In this document: positions 50,303 through 60,619 of the stretch, one piece after another
Position numbering within the stretch: the first letter of the stretch is position 1
Layout: every line of letters starts with the position of its first letter
NCBI GenBank assembly: GCA_031412355.1
Contig: JANOCR010000063.1
Coordinates: 1 to 63,759 of the forward strand
DNA: 63,759 nucleotides
Reading direction: 5' to 3'
Source of the DNA: Ilumatobacteraceae bacterium
Lineage (GTDB): Bacteria; Actinomycetota; Acidimicrobiia; Acidimicrobiales; Ilumatobacteraceae
The notes under the pieces: model-generated
Told to the model about the DNA's origin: nothing
The model's input: the letters and a program-made list of their open reading frames with translations, nothing else
Database searches by the model: none
Made by a program: the position numbers and the translations under genes

Positions 50303-52153
50303 ATGCGGTTTGTGCATCGTCGGGCGGCGCGCATCTCCACGGTCGTCGCACTGCTCTGCCTCGGTGTGTGCGTCGTGGCACCGGCCGCTGTCGTACACGC
50401 TGCTCCTCCCGGCGCCAGTGCCTACGTGCCGGTCAGCCCGTACCGCATCCTCGACACCCGACTGGGCCAGGGGTTCCCCCAACGGGTCACCGCCGGCCAA
50501 ACGTTCACGTTGACGCTCACAGGCGTGCCTGCGGGTGCCAGCGCGGTGGTGCTGAACCTCACGATCGATGGCTCGGCCGCCGGCGGCTTCGTCACCGTCT
50601 ATCCCACCGGGGTCACCCGCCCCTTGGCGTCGTCCATCAACGTCGACGCTGCCGGCCAGACGATCGCCAATCTCGTCACCGTGCCGATCGGCGCTGGTGG
50701 CACGGTCGACATCTTCTCGCAGATCACCACCGATCTGGTCGCCGATGTGCAGGGTTACTACATGCCAGCGAGCACGGCCCAGGCCGGGTTGTTCAGACCG
50801 ATGAACCCGACCCGTCTGCTCGACACGCGCGCCCAGAACGCCATCCACGTCGGCGTGCTGGCGCCCGGTCAGCAGATCGACCTCGACGTCGCGGGTCTCG
50901 CCGCGCTGCCTGCCGACGCGACCGCAGCAGCATTGAAGGTCACCGTCACCGAAAGCCTCGCCAGCGGCTTCTGGACGGTCTTCCCCACCGGCACAACGCG
51001 CCCGACCGTCAGCAACCTCAATGTCGTCGGTGTCGGCGGAACGATCGCCAACCAGGTGCTCGCCCGCCTCAGCAACGGCCGCACCACCGTGTTCGCCCAG
51101 AACGGTGGACATCTCGTGATCGACCTCGTCGGCTGGTTCACGGGGGCCAGCGAGCCATCGAGCGAAGTCGGACTGTTCATCCCCGTCGCTCCTTCGCGTC
51201 TGCTCGACAGTCGCGAACCGCCACTCGGCGCGCTGCCGGGACACAACCGCACCGCAGAGGTGCCGGTGGCCAACCGCGCCGGTGTCCCAGCCAGCGGTGT
51301 GGGCGCTGTGGTGGTCAACGCCACCGTCACGCTGACAGCGGCACAGGGCTTCTTCTCGTTGTGGCCGGCGCGCACCTACCGCCCCACGGCGTCGAGCCTC
51401 AACGCCACGAACGCGGGTCAAACCATCGCCAACCACGTGATCACGCCGGTCAGCGCGGCAGGATTCAGCTTCTACACGCAGAACGGCGCACATCTGATCG
51501 TCGACATCGCCGGCTGGTACACCGGCACCGAGTTGCCAGTGGTCCTCCCGCCGCACGTGCCCCTCACCGGTCCCGCCGGGCCGCCGCCAACGCTGCCCTA
51601 CACATTCTCGCTCACGGTCGGTGGCGTGCCGGTTCGATGGAACCCGTGTGCACCGATCCGCTACTACGTCAACTTGGGTGGCTACGACCCCAGCTTCCGT
51701 CTAGTCATCACCGAGGCCGTCGAACGGCTGGAGGCGGCCACCGGCCTGCCGCTGGTCCCGGTCGGCGACACCACCTTCATGCCGACCACCGCAAATAGCA
51801 CGCAACTCCCGGGAGTCGACGGCGAGATCGTGATTGCGCTGGGTGATGAAGGCCAGACGAACCTCGTCCCCGGTTCGGTCGTCGGTCGTGCTGGGATCCG
51901 GTACAGCACATCGATCGTGAAGGCTTCGGTGGTGATCGACATGGGTGATGTCGGCAGCAACCCGCCGTGGTCCAGCACGGGTCCGGGGCCCGTACTGCTG
52001 CACGAGTTGGCCCATGCCGTCGGCCTCGACCATGTCGACGACTCATCGCAGTTGATGGACGCATTTGCATCGCTTGGCGGACCCGACACGTATGGGGCCG
52101 GTGACCTGACCGGGCTGTGGCGGGTCGGAGCCGCTTTTGGCTGCACCGCTTAG
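50303..52153 (+). CDS. secreted metzincin-type zinc metalloprotease with three N-terminal repeats of about 120 aa
   Basis: The signal peptide is VVALLCLGVCVVAPAAVVHA. The three repeats each follow P.R.LDTR....... (V/T)(V/L)YP.G..RP..S.LN......IAN.V. The C-terminal domain carries HELAHAVGLDH (HExxHxxGxxH). Confidence 0.75.
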   Translation: MRFVHRRAARISTVVALLCLGVCVVAPAAVVHAAPPGASAYVPVSPYRILDTRLGQGFPQRVTAGQTFTLTLTGVPAGASAVVLNLTIDGSAAGGFVTVYPTGVTRPLASSINVDAAGQTIANLVTVPIGAGGTVDIFSQITTDLVADVQGYYMPASTAQAGLFRPMNPTRLLDTRAQNAIHVGVLAPGQQIDLDVAGLAALPADATAAALKVTVTESLASGFWTVFPTGTTRPTVSNLNVVGVGGTIANQVLARLSNGRTTVFAQNGGHLVIDLVGWFTGASEPSSEVGLFIPVAPSRLLDSREPPLGALPGHNRTAEVPVANRAGVPASGVGAVVVNATVTLTAAQGFFSLWPARTYRPTASSLNATNAGQTIANHVITPVSAAGFSFYTQNGAHLIVDIAGWYTGTELPVVLPPHVPLTGPAGPPPTLPYTFSLTVGGVPVRWNPCAPIRYYVNLGGYDPSFRLVITEAVERLEAATGLPLVPVGDTTFMPTTANSTQLPGVDGEIVIALGDEGQTNLVPGSVVGRAGIRYSTSIVKASVVIDMGDVGSNPPWSSTGPGPVLLHELAHAVGLDHVDDSSQLMDAFASLGGPDTYGAGDLTGLWRVGAAFGCTA

Positions 52154-52162
52154 AAGGTCGGC

Positions 52163-53971
52163 TCAGCCGTAGGCGGCAGCCTGGATGCGGAACAAATCGG
52201 CGTACTGGCCGTTGCGTGCCATCAACTGTTCATGGCTCCCGAACTCGGCGACCCGCGAACCGTCCATCACCACGATCAGGTCGGCCATGCGCACGGTCGA
52301 GAACCGGTGCGACACCAGCACGGTCACCCGACCGGAGTCGACGTGAGCGCGCGATGCCTCGGCAAAGCGCTCGAACATCGCGTGTTCGGTCTCGGCGTCG
52401 AGTGCCGCTGTGGGTTCGTCCAGGATCAGCAAGAGCGGCGCATCCCGCATGAACCCGCGAGCCAGCGCCAACTTCTGCCACTGGCCAAAACTGACCTCAG
52501 CACCCTCGTCCCACGACGGTCCCAACTGGGTCTCGAGACCGTACGCCAGCCGTTCGATCACGTCGTGGGCGCCTGCACGGTCGACCGCGCTCTGTGTCGC
52601 CGTGCGATCGTCGACGCGTGGCAGGTCGCCGACCCCGACCGTCTGTTGAGCATGGAGCTCGAATCGGTAGAAATCCTGGAAGGCACCGGCCAGGCATGAA
52701 CGCCATTGGTCGGTTGCGATGGTGGCCAGGTCCACGCCATCGACAGCGATACGTCCCGAGGTCGGCGCATACATGCGCGCCAGAAGTTTCACCAACGTCG
52801 ACTTCCCTGCACCGTTCTCGCCGACGACGGCCACCACGGCACCCGCAGGCAGCCGAAGGTTGATGTCGTCGAGCACGAGGCGTTCGGTTCCCGGGTAGCG
52901 GAAGCAGAGTTGCTCAAAGGTGATCCCGTCGACCAGTCGTTCGGGCGGCGCGGCGGTCGCCGACGCGTCGATCCCTGCCGCGTAGTCCTCCAACCATGTC
53001 AGACGCCGCGACGAGTCGAGCCAGAACCCGCGCAAGAAGCCGAGCTCGCCCGCAGTTGCGCCGACGTAGCGGGCCAGTCGAGTTCCTGCGGCCAGCACCA
53101 GCACGACATCGCCGACATCGCGATCGAGACCGGTGGCCACATACACGACTGCGGCCACATAGGCGCCTGCGAACATCGTCCACGCTGCTGTGTGCCACGC
53201 CGCGCTGACCCAGCGCACCTTGGCAACAGGCTCGTAGTACCGCTGCCACGCCGCCCGGCGCTCGGCGACCAACCAGTCGCCGGTGTTGGTGACTCGCACT
53301 TCCTTGGCCGGTGGCGCGCTGGTGCCTAGCACGAACAGATGGCGAGCCAACCGGGTGTTGGCGATCACCGATTCCTCGACCCGCCGCTCGACGGCCGGAC
53401 GCCATGTCGAGACCCAGAACGCGGGGAGCGCGAACGCCATGAGCAACACCAGTGCCGGGTGGATCGAGGCCAGCAGGATCGCCGTGATCGCCAGCCGGAA
53501 CAGCCAGCCGAGCGTCGAGAACAGCGACATGAACATGTGGTCGAGGGCGAACACCTGGTCGCGCAGCATTGCCAGGCGATCGAGGTACTCGGGGCGTTCG
53601 TGGTGTTCGATGGTCGGCACCGACGCCTGCAGGTGGGCAACGTGCGATTCGAGTGCGATCGCCACCCTGTCGCGGAAGCGCCGCTGCACACGTTGCGACA
53701 GCAGCGACAGGTACCACGTCGCCGTCACCGAGATGGCCAAGCCGACCCCGGCGATGATCACAGGCTGGCGTTCGCCGCGCAACACGCCGTCGACCAGGAA
53801 CTTCAGCCACAGGGCCAGCAGGGCGTCGGGAAGCATCATCAACATCGCCAGTCCGAGCGAGAGGGCCAGCAGCCGAGGCTCGGCGCGGAAGCCGAGGCGG
53901 AACGTGCGCCACAGCGACTGCATCGCCGGCGGCAAATCGTCGCGGCTCGTGGTGTCAGTGGAGCGGCTCAT
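52163..53971 (-). CDS. ABC exporter, fused permease/ATPase subunit
   Basis: It has a six-helix N-terminal TMD. Walker A is GENGAGKST, the signature is SFGQWQ (LSGGQ-like), and Walker B is LLILDEPT. Confidence 0.85.
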   Translation of the reverse strand: MSRSTDTTSRDDLPPAMQSLWRTFRLGFRAEPRLLALSLGLAMLMMLPDALLALWLKFLVDGVLRGERQPVIIAGVGLAISVTATWYLSLLSQRVQRRFRDRVAIALESHVAHLQASVPTIEHHERPEYLDRLAMLRDQVFALDHMFMSLFSTLGWLFRLAITAILLASIHPALVLLMAFALPAFWVSTWRPAVERRVEESVIANTRLARHLFVLGTSAPPAKEVRVTNTGDWLVAERRAAWQRYYEPVAKVRWVSAAWHTAAWTMFAGAYVAAVVYVATGLDRDVGDVVLVLAAGTRLARYVGATAGELGFLRGFWLDSSRRLTWLEDYAAGIDASATAAPPERLVDGITFEQLCFRYPGTERLVLDDINLRLPAGAVVAVVGENGAGKSTLVKLLARMYAPTSGRIAVDGVDLATIATDQWRSCLAGAFQDFYRFELHAQQTVGVGDLPRVDDRTATQSAVDRAGAHDVIERLAYGLETQLGPSWDEGAEVSFGQWQKLALARGFMRDAPLLLILDEPTAALDAETEHAMFERFAEASRAHVDSGRVTVLVSHRFSTVRMADLIVVMDGSRVAEFGSHEQLMARNGQYADLFRIQAAAYG

Positions 53972-55769
53972 AGGTCACCTCCTCGCCGTGCTCGTCGTAC
54001 TCGGTGAAGCGCGAAGCCTGCAGATCGAACATCGTGCGATACCGGCCGCGCAGCTCCATCAGTTCGTCGTGGCTGCCAAGCTCGGCGACCCTGCCGTCCT
54101 CCATCACGCAGATCCGGTCGGCCAGCCGCACCGTCGAGAAACGGTGCGAGATCAAGATGGTCGTGCAGTGGCGTGTCGCGGCAAGCACGCGTTCGAAGAT
54201 CTCGGACTCGCCGCGCACGTCGAGCTGCGCCGTGGGCTCGTCGAGCAACACCACGCCAGCGCCCTGCTGCACCGCGCAGAGGGCCCGCGCCAGCGCGATC
54301 CGCTGCCACTGCCCGCCCGACAGATCGGTGCCACCCGGATAGCCCTTCGACAGAATCGTGTCGAGGTTGCCATCGGCCAGATCCGATCCACCGGCCGCGG
54401 CCAACGCGGCGCGGATCACGTCGTCGGGTGCACCGGTCGGCGCGACGTTGTTGCGGAGAGGCAACTCGAAATGGATGAAGTCTTGGAAGACCGCCGTGAC
54501 CTGCGAACGCCAAGTCGCCAGTTCCAACGACGTCAGCGCGTGGCCGTCGATCTCGATGGATCCCGATGTCGTGTCGTACAGCCGGCAAAGCAGCTTGGCG
54601 AGGGTTGTCTTGCCGGCGCCGTTGCTGCCGACGATTGCCATCGACGTACCGGCGGGAATGGTCAGGTCGAAGCGATCGAGCACCGGCCGGCCGGCATCGG
54701 TGTAGGCGAACGACACTTCGCGGAAACGAATCTCGGCCGCGCCGGACGACGGGATCGTCGAGCCTGCGGCCAAGGCTCCGCTTCCCACGGCGGCCTCGAC
54801 GCGCGCCAGCGCGACCACCGGGGCGGCGGCGCCGTCCATAGCCCAGTTCAGCCCACCGAAGGCGATCGACGACACACCGATCGCGGCCTGCACGAATACC
54901 ACAACCCGCGCGGTCGAAACTGTCGCGTCGGCTGCTCCATCCGCCAGCAACCAAAAGACCACCGCGTTCGACGCCAGCACGATGACAAGGCACGACAGCA
55001 CCGACTTCTCGCGCAAGCGCGTGGCCTGATACTGCAGGTCGTAGAGGCGGCGGCGGGTCGTGACGAATCGATCGGTCACCCAGCCGGCCAGCCCGAAGAA
55101 TCGCAACTCCTTGGCGGGTGCAGCTTCGACGGCCAGGCGATACGAGTACTCGGCGTGGCGTTGCGCCTTGCGAACTTCGTCGGTGTTGCGGTCCTTCCAC
55201 ACGCCGCTCTCGCGCAGCAGCCAGTGCGTCGACAACCACGCCACCGACAGCAACAACGCCGCCCACCAGTGAAAGCTTGCCAGCAGGATCGCCGCGCTGA
55301 CACCGACTACGAGGTCGACCAGCCCGCCGGCGATGAAGTCCATCGAGATGTCGAGTGGAGGGCCCATCATCCCGAGGTCGAAGTCGCGTGCCATCGTCAA
55401 GTCGGTGGTCAGTTCGGCGCGTTCGAGATGGGCGATGCCGGGCGGGGCGACGCACGTCGAGATGAGGCGGTCGTACAGATGCGCAGCCATCCGTGCTCCG
55501 AGGTTCGCCGACACGACCTGATGCAGCGGCTGCGAGATCAGCAACAGCGTGAATGACACACCCACCATGACCAGTGGACCAACCAGCGACACGTCGCGGG
55601 TGATCGCGCTTACCAACCATCCGAACCCCACCGAAGTCACTGCGGGAAGCGTGCCGCGCAGCACGACCAGCACCCACCAGGCGATTGCGTAGACCGGCGC
55701 CGCGCGACGGAGGGCGCGGAAGAACTGCCACTCCTGTCGGGCCCGCAACCGATCGATCATGTGGTGCAC
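53955..55769 (-). CDS. ABC exporter, fused permease/ATPase subunit (partner of the downstream gene)
   Basis: Walker A is GSNGAGKTT, the signature is LSGGQWQR, and Walker B is VVLLDEPT. It overlaps the partner gene by 17 nt, which suggests a heterodimeric exporter. Confidence 0.85.
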   Translation of the reverse strand: MHHMIDRLRARQEWQFFRALRRAAPVYAIAWWVLVVLRGTLPAVTSVGFGWLVSAITRDVSLVGPLVMVGVSFTLLLISQPLHQVVSANLGARMAAHLYDRLISTCVAPPGIAHLERAELTTDLTMARDFDLGMMGPPLDISMDFIAGGLVDLVVGVSAAILLASFHWWAALLLSVAWLSTHWLLRESGVWKDRNTDEVRKAQRHAEYSYRLAVEAAPAKELRFFGLAGWVTDRFVTTRRRLYDLQYQATRLREKSVLSCLVIVLASNAVVFWLLADGAADATVSTARVVVFVQAAIGVSSIAFGGLNWAMDGAAAPVVALARVEAAVGSGALAAGSTIPSSGAAEIRFREVSFAYTDAGRPVLDRFDLTIPAGTSMAIVGSNGAGKTTLAKLLCRLYDTTSGSIEIDGHALTSLELATWRSQVTAVFQDFIHFELPLRNNVAPTGAPDDVIRAALAAAGGSDLADGNLDTILSKGYPGGTDLSGGQWQRIALARALCAVQQGAGVVLLDEPTAQLDVRGESEIFERVLAATRHCTTILISHRFSTVRLADRICVMEDGRVAELGSHDELMELRGRYRTMFDLQASRFTEYDEHGEEVTYEPLH

Positions 55770-55840
55770 CTTGCCACGTTCAACATCGCTCGGGCACTGC
55801 AGAATCCGTCGTGCCTATCATCTCCGCAGAACGGAGGACT

Positions 55841-56860
55841 ATGCGAGCACCGGGGTCCGTGATCGTCGGCATCGACAACGGCGGGACGAAGAACAATGTC
55901 ACGGTGCTCGACAGCGCTGGGCAGTTCCTGATCGACCGCATGGTCGAGGTTCCGAGCAGGGTGATGGAGGGCACCACGGCGGCCCTCGATGCACTGGCCA
56001 CCGCGTTCGAGGTCGGTCTGCAGATCACCGATGTCGATCGCGACCAGGTGCGTGCCGTTGGCCTCGACACCCCGGGCCCGGCGTCGGCTGAAGGAATCAT
56101 CTCCTCAAAGGGGGCGACCAACTTCGCCCTGCCCGAGTGGTGGGGGTTCGATGTGCGCGGCGCGCTCGAGACGCGGCTCGGCATCCCTGTCGTGTACAGC
56201 AACGACGGCAACGCCGCTGCCCTCTATGCCCACTACGCGTACTACGGCGAGAAGTCGCTGCGGCGGTCGTCGGTGTCGGCCATCGTGGGCACCGGTCTGG
56301 GCGGCGGGGTGATCGAGTCCGGCACCGTCGTGCGCGGCGCAGCGGGCATGGCCGGCGAGCTCGGTCACGTGCACATTCCCATGCACGGTCTGCTGGGCGA
56401 CGCTCAACCGATGCCGCGCTGCAACTGCGGATTCGTTGGTGATGTCGAGAGCGTTGCCTCACTGACGGGAATCCGCCACAACCTGCTGCCGTACTGGTTG
56501 ACTCGATATCCCAACCACGAACTTGCCGCGCTGCCGATCGAGGTCGCTGCCAAGGAGTTGCGCTCCTACGGTGAACGGGGTGACGAGATGGCCCGCAAGG
56601 TGTTCGAGCAGCAGGCGATGGCGATCGGCCGCTTGTTCACGATCGCTGCCAACTTCACCGATCCCAACGCCTACTTCGTGGGCGGAGGCGTGGTCGAGAC
56701 GGCACCCGAGTTTCGTGACTGGTATCTGTCGATCGTTCGCGCCAACACGCTCCTGCGCGACGAACAGATCGGCGTCGCCGAGTTCTCGCTGGTCCCGGAC
56801 CTCGACATGGCGGGCGCTCGCGGGGCTGCGGTAGCCGCCCGCAGCGCGTTCCCCACCTGA
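55841..56860 (+). CDS. ROK-family sugar kinase
   Basis: VGIDNGGTKNN is the ATP motif. The ROK signature region is the zinc motif GHVHIP......CNCG..GDVES. GGAGG lies 4 nt upstream of ATG 55841. Confidence 0.8.
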   Translation: MRAPGSVIVGIDNGGTKNNVTVLDSAGQFLIDRMVEVPSRVMEGTTAALDALATAFEVGLQITDVDRDQVRAVGLDTPGPASAEGIISSKGATNFALPEWWGFDVRGALETRLGIPVVYSNDGNAAALYAHYAYYGEKSLRRSSVSAIVGTGLGGGVIESGTVVRGAAGMAGELGHVHIPMHGLLGDAQPMPRCNCGFVGDVESVASLTGIRHNLLPYWLTRYPNHELAALPIEVAAKELRSYGERGDEMARKVFEQQAMAIGRLFTIAANFTDPNAYFVGGGVVETAPEFRDWYLSIVRANTLLRDEQIGVAEFSLVPDLDMAGARGAAVAARSAFPT

Positions 56861-56866
56861 CAGCGG

Positions 56867-58654
56867 TCACCAGGAACCGGAGCTGCCGCCACCTCCGCCG
56901 CCGCCGACGCTGCCACCGGAGAAGCCACTGGACGAACCACCGGAGCCCGATGTCGATGGCGCGCTGTGTGTGCTGGCAAACGACGACCCCATGCTGTACA
57001 CCAAGAGCGGGCTTGTCAGGTTCATCTCCGGTGCGGGCACGTTGCTGTTGGCCAACGCTCTACCCCAGGCATCGGCAGCACCAAGGGCGACGGCCCACGC
57101 GCTGTACTCGCGAAGCAGGCCCTGCTTCCACGCCCAGTCGACGTGCTTTCCTTCGCTTGCTGCAAGGAAGCGGCGAAACGATTCGGTCCGCAGCGCCAGA
57201 GCCGAACCGGTGGCGCTGCGCACCTTGCGCAATGCCCGGTACACGAAGTGGGCAGTGATCGCCGGCACGAGCAGAGCGAACGCCAGCGCCAGCAGTTTGC
57301 CGCCGTAGCCACCAAGGAGTGCTGTCAGCAGGGAACCGCCTCCGAAGACGACGAAGACGAGGACCAGAACGACGAGATGAGCCGTCGCTTTGCTGTCGCC
57401 GGCGCCACCACCCGGCGGCAGGCGCTTCCACCAGCCCGATGCGACGATGCGGTCACGCTCCAGCGTCAGCACGTTGTTCCACGCTTTGCCGAAGTTCGCG
57501 TTGTACGTACCCAGCGCAAGTTCGTCCTTGTGGTCGAGCATCTGGTCGACGATCTGCCTCGTCTCATCGTCGAGCCGATCGAGGCCCGGCCCCGGCCGCA
57601 TCACCAGACCGTCCCCCTCCTCGGTCAGCGTGATGGCGTCTTTGGCCACCAACCCCGACATCCACGCCGCGACTGTTGTGCGATCGATCGTCTCGTTCAG
57701 CAGCACGGCCCCCTGCCACGGCTCGAGGCCCTTCGGCGGCACGAACTCGATGGTCGCCAGTTTGTCCATCCTGCTGTCGGCCACCAGGGTGACGGGGACC
57801 GGCGCCGGCACGTCTCCGGTCGGCACCGGCAACGACCCGTAGGCGGCGTCAGCAGCGCCACCGGCAAACACCTCGTTGCGGCCGGCACGTCGCGCCGCGG
57901 CGTAGACCGCGCCGACGCCGATCACGCCGATCGGAATGCTCGCCAAGGCGAGCGCAAGGCGATTGTCGGGTCGCCGTTTCGGCAGCGCTGGATCGGCGGG
58001 CTCGACAATCGGCAGGAGGCCCGCGATCGTGCCTCCGATCGTGATTCCCTCACCTGGCTTCAGAGGCTTGATCACGGCCCGGTAGACGTCGCCATCGCGG
58101 GCCAGGGTGCAACCGCCCTCCATGTCCGTTTCGCCGGCATTGCACCTCGTGTTGTCGAGGTCGAGACCAACGACAACGACCTCGAATCGATCTGTCTGCA
58201 GTTCCTCCGGTTTGGCCGCATCGCCGATGATGTCGAGGGCGAGTTCACCGATCGACAGCCGCGCATTCGGCAGCGTGTACTCCAGGATGTAGCGATGCTG
58301 GCCCGTGATCGTGTCGTTCGGATCACCGAGACGGATGCGATCGCCTGTTGCCACAGGCGTGACATCGATGTCGGCGTTGGCGTCGGGCGACGATGCCTCG
58401 ATGTCGACGGGCCTGCCGAAGTCGGTACGAACGATGCGCTCGTATCCGTGGCGCTGTTTGTTGGCGAAATCCTGGTCGACCACCTCGCGTATTCGCACGC
58501 CGTCGCTGCCGGCGGGCTGCACCGTGACCACCTTCGATTCGAACCGCTCGCCGTTGTCCTCGCGGCCGATCACACCGATCGCCGCCAGCAACGCCGTCCC
58601 ACCGATGGCGCTCGCTGCTACCGCATGACGCCACATACCGATCCTGCCGAGCAT
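56867..58654 (-). CDS. DUF2207-family membrane protein with Gly/Ser-rich C-terminal tail
   Basis: It has an N-terminal signal/anchor, an extracytoplasmic domain, several TM segments, and the tail SGGSSSGFSGGSVGGGGGGGSSGSW that I recall as typical of DUF2207. Confidence 0.65.
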   Translation of the reverse strand: MLGRIGMWRHAVAASAIGGTALLAAIGVIGREDNGERFESKVVTVQPAGSDGVRIREVVDQDFANKQRHGYERIVRTDFGRPVDIEASSPDANADIDVTPVATGDRIRLGDPNDTITGQHRYILEYTLPNARLSIGELALDIIGDAAKPEELQTDRFEVVVVGLDLDNTRCNAGETDMEGGCTLARDGDVYRAVIKPLKPGEGITIGGTIAGLLPIVEPADPALPKRRPDNRLALALASIPIGVIGVGAVYAAARRAGRNEVFAGGAADAAYGSLPVPTGDVPAPVPVTLVADSRMDKLATIEFVPPKGLEPWQGAVLLNETIDRTTVAAWMSGLVAKDAITLTEEGDGLVMRPGPGLDRLDDETRQIVDQMLDHKDELALGTYNANFGKAWNNVLTLERDRIVASGWWKRLPPGGGAGDSKATAHLVVLVLVFVVFGGGSLLTALLGGYGGKLLALAFALLVPAITAHFVYRALRKVRSATGSALALRTESFRRFLAASEGKHVDWAWKQGLLREYSAWAVALGAADAWGRALANSNVPAPEMNLTSPLLVYSMGSSFASTHSAPSTSGSGGSSSGFSGGSVGGGGGGGSSGSW

Positions 58655-58768
58655 GCCCCCAGTGTGCCGCGGACTGGGATCGAAAGGCTTGCACCGCTCT
58701 CGATGAGTTGACGCCCGCTTGCCAGCTGGCCGGTCGATGTTGGTTCGTCGTATCCGGTGATGCGTCGC

Positions 58769-59683
58769 TCACTGCAGCACCTCCGGGAAGCCGGGGGCTC
58801 GTAGGTCCGTGCCCAAAGCATCTTCCAACAGTTTGACGACCTGCGACGACCATGCCCCGCCACCGTACTTAGCCTTCGAGCGAACGAACGTTTGCTCGAC
58901 TAATCCGGCGACCTCGAGCGGTACGCCGAACTCACGGCCCATCTGCAACGCGAACCCCAAGTCCTTCAGAGCGAGGTCCATGGTGAAGCCGATGTTGTAG
59001 CTGCCGTTCAAGATCACCTGGCTCTCGGTTTCGTGAACAAAGCTATTGCCCGAGCTATTGCGAATCGCCTCGAACGACTGAGTCAGATCGAGACCACCTC
59101 GCTTGGCAAGCATCAATGCCTCGCCCGCTGCCACCAGATGTACGAACGCGAGCATGTTGGTGATCACCTTGATGATCGCTGCGTTGCCCAGCGGACCCAT
59201 GTACAAAATCGGGCTTCCCACAGCTTCCAGCAAATGACGATGCCGCTCGAACACGTGCTCATGGCCGCCAACAAGCACCGTGATATCGCCTTGGGCGGCC
59301 TTGTGGACGCCCCCGGTGACCGGGCACTCCAACATGTCGATTCCGCGATCTGCACACCGCTCGGCCAGTCGCAGCGTCTCACTGCGGTCGTTGGTGCTGT
59401 TGTCAATCCAGGTACCACCGGCCATCAACCCCTCCAGAACACCTGTCGGGCCGCAGACCACGGCGTCGACGGCCACCGGAGACGGTAGGCACGTGAACAC
59501 CACCGTCGATTGTGCTGCGACCTCGGCAGCCGAGTCGGCCCAGGTGGCACCCGCCGCGATCAACCGCTCGGCGAGCTCACGATTGAGATCGGTGACCGTC
59601 ACATGGTGGCCCGCTCGCAGCAAGCTCATCGCCAGATGAGCGCCCAGATTGCCGAGTCCGATGTATCCGACATGTTCAGTCAT
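58769..59683 (-). CDS. NAD(P)-dependent oxidoreductase, 3-hydroxyisobutyrate / tartronate-semialdehyde reductase family
   Basis: The N-terminus is VGYIGLGNLGAHLAMSLLRAGH.V.V.D. An internal GGTWIDNST motif and a catalytic Lys region are present. The start is ATG 59683. Confidence 0.8.
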   Translation of the reverse strand: MTEHVGYIGLGNLGAHLAMSLLRAGHHVTVTDLNRELAERLIAAGATWADSAAEVAAQSTVVFTCLPSPVAVDAVVCGPTGVLEGLMAGGTWIDNSTNDRSETLRLAERCADRGIDMLECPVTGGVHKAAQGDITVLVGGHEHVFERHRHLLEAVGSPILYMGPLGNAAIIKVITNMLAFVHLVAAGEALMLAKRGGLDLTQSFEAIRNSSGNSFVHETESQVILNGSYNIGFTMDLALKDLGFALQMGREFGVPLEVAGLVEQTFVRSKAKYGGGAWSSQVVKLLEDALGTDLRAPGFPEVLQ

Positions 59684-59812
59684 CACCACAGTCTTGTCGC
59701 TCCGGACAACTCGTGCCGGGGCGGACCAACGAATCTCAACGGGACAATCGTTGGCAAGCGTTCGACCCCGGGTACCGTCGCGGTACAAGCGCACGCACGA
59801 GAGAGATCACGA

Positions 59813-60604
59813 ATGACGATCACAGACTTTGCCATGGGGTACTTCGGGCTCGCGAGCAAGAACGCCATCGTCACCGGCGGCAACACAGGTCTCGGGCAGG
59901 CATTCACGCTCGCCCTCGCCAAGGCTGGCGCCAACGTGTTCGTTCCCAGTTTGATGGACGACGCCCCGACTGACGACAAGGGCGGCACGCGCGCCATGGT
60001 GGAAGCCGAGGGTGTGCGTTACGAGTTCATGCAGGCTGACATCACCGAGCCCGGCACACCGAAACGAATCGTCGAGCGGTGCGTTCAAGATTTCGGCTCA
60101 CTCGACATCCTGATCAACAGCGCTGGCGTGTGCCCGCTGGCGGAGGTGCTCGACTTCGGGCGGGAACAGTGGGACACCACCGTCCAGGTCAACCTGACTG
60201 CCGCGTTCGAGATGAGTCATCAGGCCGCCCAGCGGATGGTGCCGCAGCGCAGCGGGAAGATCATCAACATCTGTTCGATGTTCAGCTTTCTGGGCGGCAG
60301 GCTTTCACCGGCGTACGCGGCGACCAAGCACGGCATTGCCGGCCTCACCAAGGCCTACTGCGACGAGCTCGCCCAGTACGACATCCAGGTCAACGGCATC
60401 GCCCCTGGCTATTACGCGACGGCGATCACCGCGACCACCCGGAGCAACCCGGAGACCAGCCGCCGCGTGCTCGATCACATCCCCGCCGACCGTTGGGGCG
60501 ACCCGATCGACCTGATGGGCACCGTCGTCTTTCTCGCCAGCCGCGCTTCGGACTACGTCAACGGCCACATTCTCGCTGTGGACGGCGGCTACCTCGTCCG
60601 GTAG
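59813..60604 (+). CDS. SDR-family oxidoreductase (KduD / 2-deoxy-D-gluconate 3-dehydrogenase-like)
   Basis: TGGNTGLGQA (TGxxxGxG), NSAG, and the YAATKHG catalytic YxxxK. Confidence 0.8.
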   Translation: MTITDFAMGYFGLASKNAIVTGGNTGLGQAFTLALAKAGANVFVPSLMDDAPTDDKGGTRAMVEAEGVRYEFMQADITEPGTPKRIVERCVQDFGSLDILINSAGVCPLAEVLDFGREQWDTTVQVNLTAAFEMSHQAAQRMVPQRSGKIINICSMFSFLGGRLSPAYAATKHGIAGLTKAYCDELAQYDIQVNGIAPGYYATAITATTRSNPETSRRVLDHIPADRWGDPIDLMGTVVFLASRASDYVNGHILAVDGGYLVR

Positions 60605-60619
60605 TACGAGGAACTCAGG

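Noticed and set aside
53283-55556. 757-aa plus-strand ORF. Similar long ORFs occur at 56966..58711, 15281..16909, 7073..8584 and 8520..10049.
   Set aside because: All run antisense to genes with clear family motifs (ABC exporter, DUF2207, mreB/RNB, prenyltransferase-like, aldehyde dehydrogenase). Their products are low-complexity and Arg-rich.
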